A stretch of 63,748 nt of DNA, counting the filler, from Octopus bimaculoides (lineage: Eukaryota), in assembly GCF_001194135.2 (NCBI RefSeq). It is 6 parts of 5 records of this genome, joined end to end, with 100 filler letters (N's around TTAATTAATTAA, not from the genome) between each part and the next. Parts side by side here need not be neighbours in the genome. Positions count along the whole stretch, not along the records: positions 62,744 to 63,748 come from NW_026300366.1; 5 more parts are not named here. One strand, given 5' to 3'. A program made the translations under genes and the position numbers. The first letter of the stretch is position 1, and each line of letters starts with the position of its first letter. Positions 62,700-63,748 of the stretch are shown piece after piece. The notes under the pieces were generated by a model, which ran no database searches, had not been told where the DNA came from, and saw nothing but the letters and a program-made list of their open reading frames with translations.

Positions 62700-63748
62700 N
62701 NNNNNNNNNNNNNNNNNNNNNNNNNNNNNNNNNNNNNNNNNNNTATATATATATGTGTGTGTGTGCGTGTTTGCATGTGTGTGTATGTATATACTTACAA
62801 GGTGAGTGGAAAGTGTAACTAAGCCGCTATATGTATATATAAATCCAAGAAATCGAATAGGAATGTAACGGACGACAATAAAAACATACGAACAGATAAA
62901 CGATACAAAGAGGGACAGAAAAAGATAAGGACGGATCATTCGAGTCCTTGTAGTCGGCTGTTACTTTTTTTATTCCTTTTTTTTTATATATATACATAGA
63001 TCGGAGTACGTACACTTTTTGCTCACATTGTAAGAATGTATGTAAATTCTGTACAATTTCAGTCCTTCTCTTTCCCCCTCATACGTCTCCTTCCTTTCCT
63101 CTGTTCCTTTCTCTCTCCCGATCCCTCACGTGTGTTGGCATTTTCTTTCTTGAATCTCTCCACTTTCCTACGTTATCTCACTTGAACCTTCCGCTTTGTC
63201 TCTTTTTCTCTCCCTTTCACTCTCTCCCCGTCTAATTCCTTCCCTAATTCTTCAATCTCTTCCCTCTACCTCTCTCTTCTCCTTCCAAGTAACCTGTGTT
63301 CAGCGAAGCCTGGCATTTCTTTCTTGGCTTGACTGCCGCCCATACTGCACCTCTTATTTTCCTGTCTCCTGACTTTCATCTGTTTTTGTGCCTCAAGGCT
63401 TTCAAGCCACACGCCAGCTCAACTTGATATGTCCTTATTAGTCAAATTTGTAATCGGGTAACATTATCTCCGTCCTCTCGTTCTTTTGTCTGTGTTGTCG
63501 TATACATTCGCTCGATTTGTTCTAAAAAATTAATGCTCCTAACTTAGATTTTTAAGACCAGCCAATTCTGAACAGTCTCAAATGTAATGAGACGAAACTG
63601 AAATGATAATTTAGAAATTTGACTTCTGAATACAAGGCCTTGAATGATCCTTTCTGGCTTTTTCCTGTCAGTCTTTGTATCGTATATTTGTCTGTATGTT
63701 TTATTATCGTCTCTTACGTTCTTATTCTAATTTTTGGGGTTATATATA

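Overview
AT-rich, microsatellite- and transposon-dense eukaryotic DNA, most likely from an octopus: the dominant tRNA-derived SINE families resemble the ones I know from Octopus. About 15-20% of the window is N. Five artificial 100-bp spacers (44 N + TTAATTAATTAA + 44 N) divide it into six scaffolded blocks: 1-21423, 21524-36875, 36976-46584, 46685-61124, 61225-62643 and 62744-63748. No host protein-coding gene, rRNA, true tRNA or CRISPR array can be supported, and most ORFs in the track are microsatellite or gap translations. Recognisable content: (i) at least four modular tRNA-headed SINE families, labelled S1-S4 here; (ii) decayed LINEs, namely R4/Dong-like restriction-like-endonuclease 3' ends in microsatellites, an RTE (Rex3/Expander-like) 3' end, an AP-endonuclease remnant and a LINE 3' end whose tail matches one SINE tail; (iii) DNA transposon remnants and MITEs (mariner, maT-like, Tigger-like, hAT-like, a Mutator-like MITE with a 9-bp TSD, a Helentron-like element and a foldback MITE); (iv) Penelope-like (PLE) material. 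The most interesting signal is a set of short non-coding elements carrying minimal, stem-III-less hammerhead-ribozyme (HHR) motifs of the Penelope type. One has a tRNA-like Pol III head, an (AAT)n spacer, an HHR tail and a 44-bp inverted 5' segment, so it looks like a SINE that parasitises Penelope-like machinery. A second HHR-bearing family sits in (TA)n tracts, including the tract carried inside another SINE. A candidate bidirectional CCAAT promoter lies near 38.1 kb.
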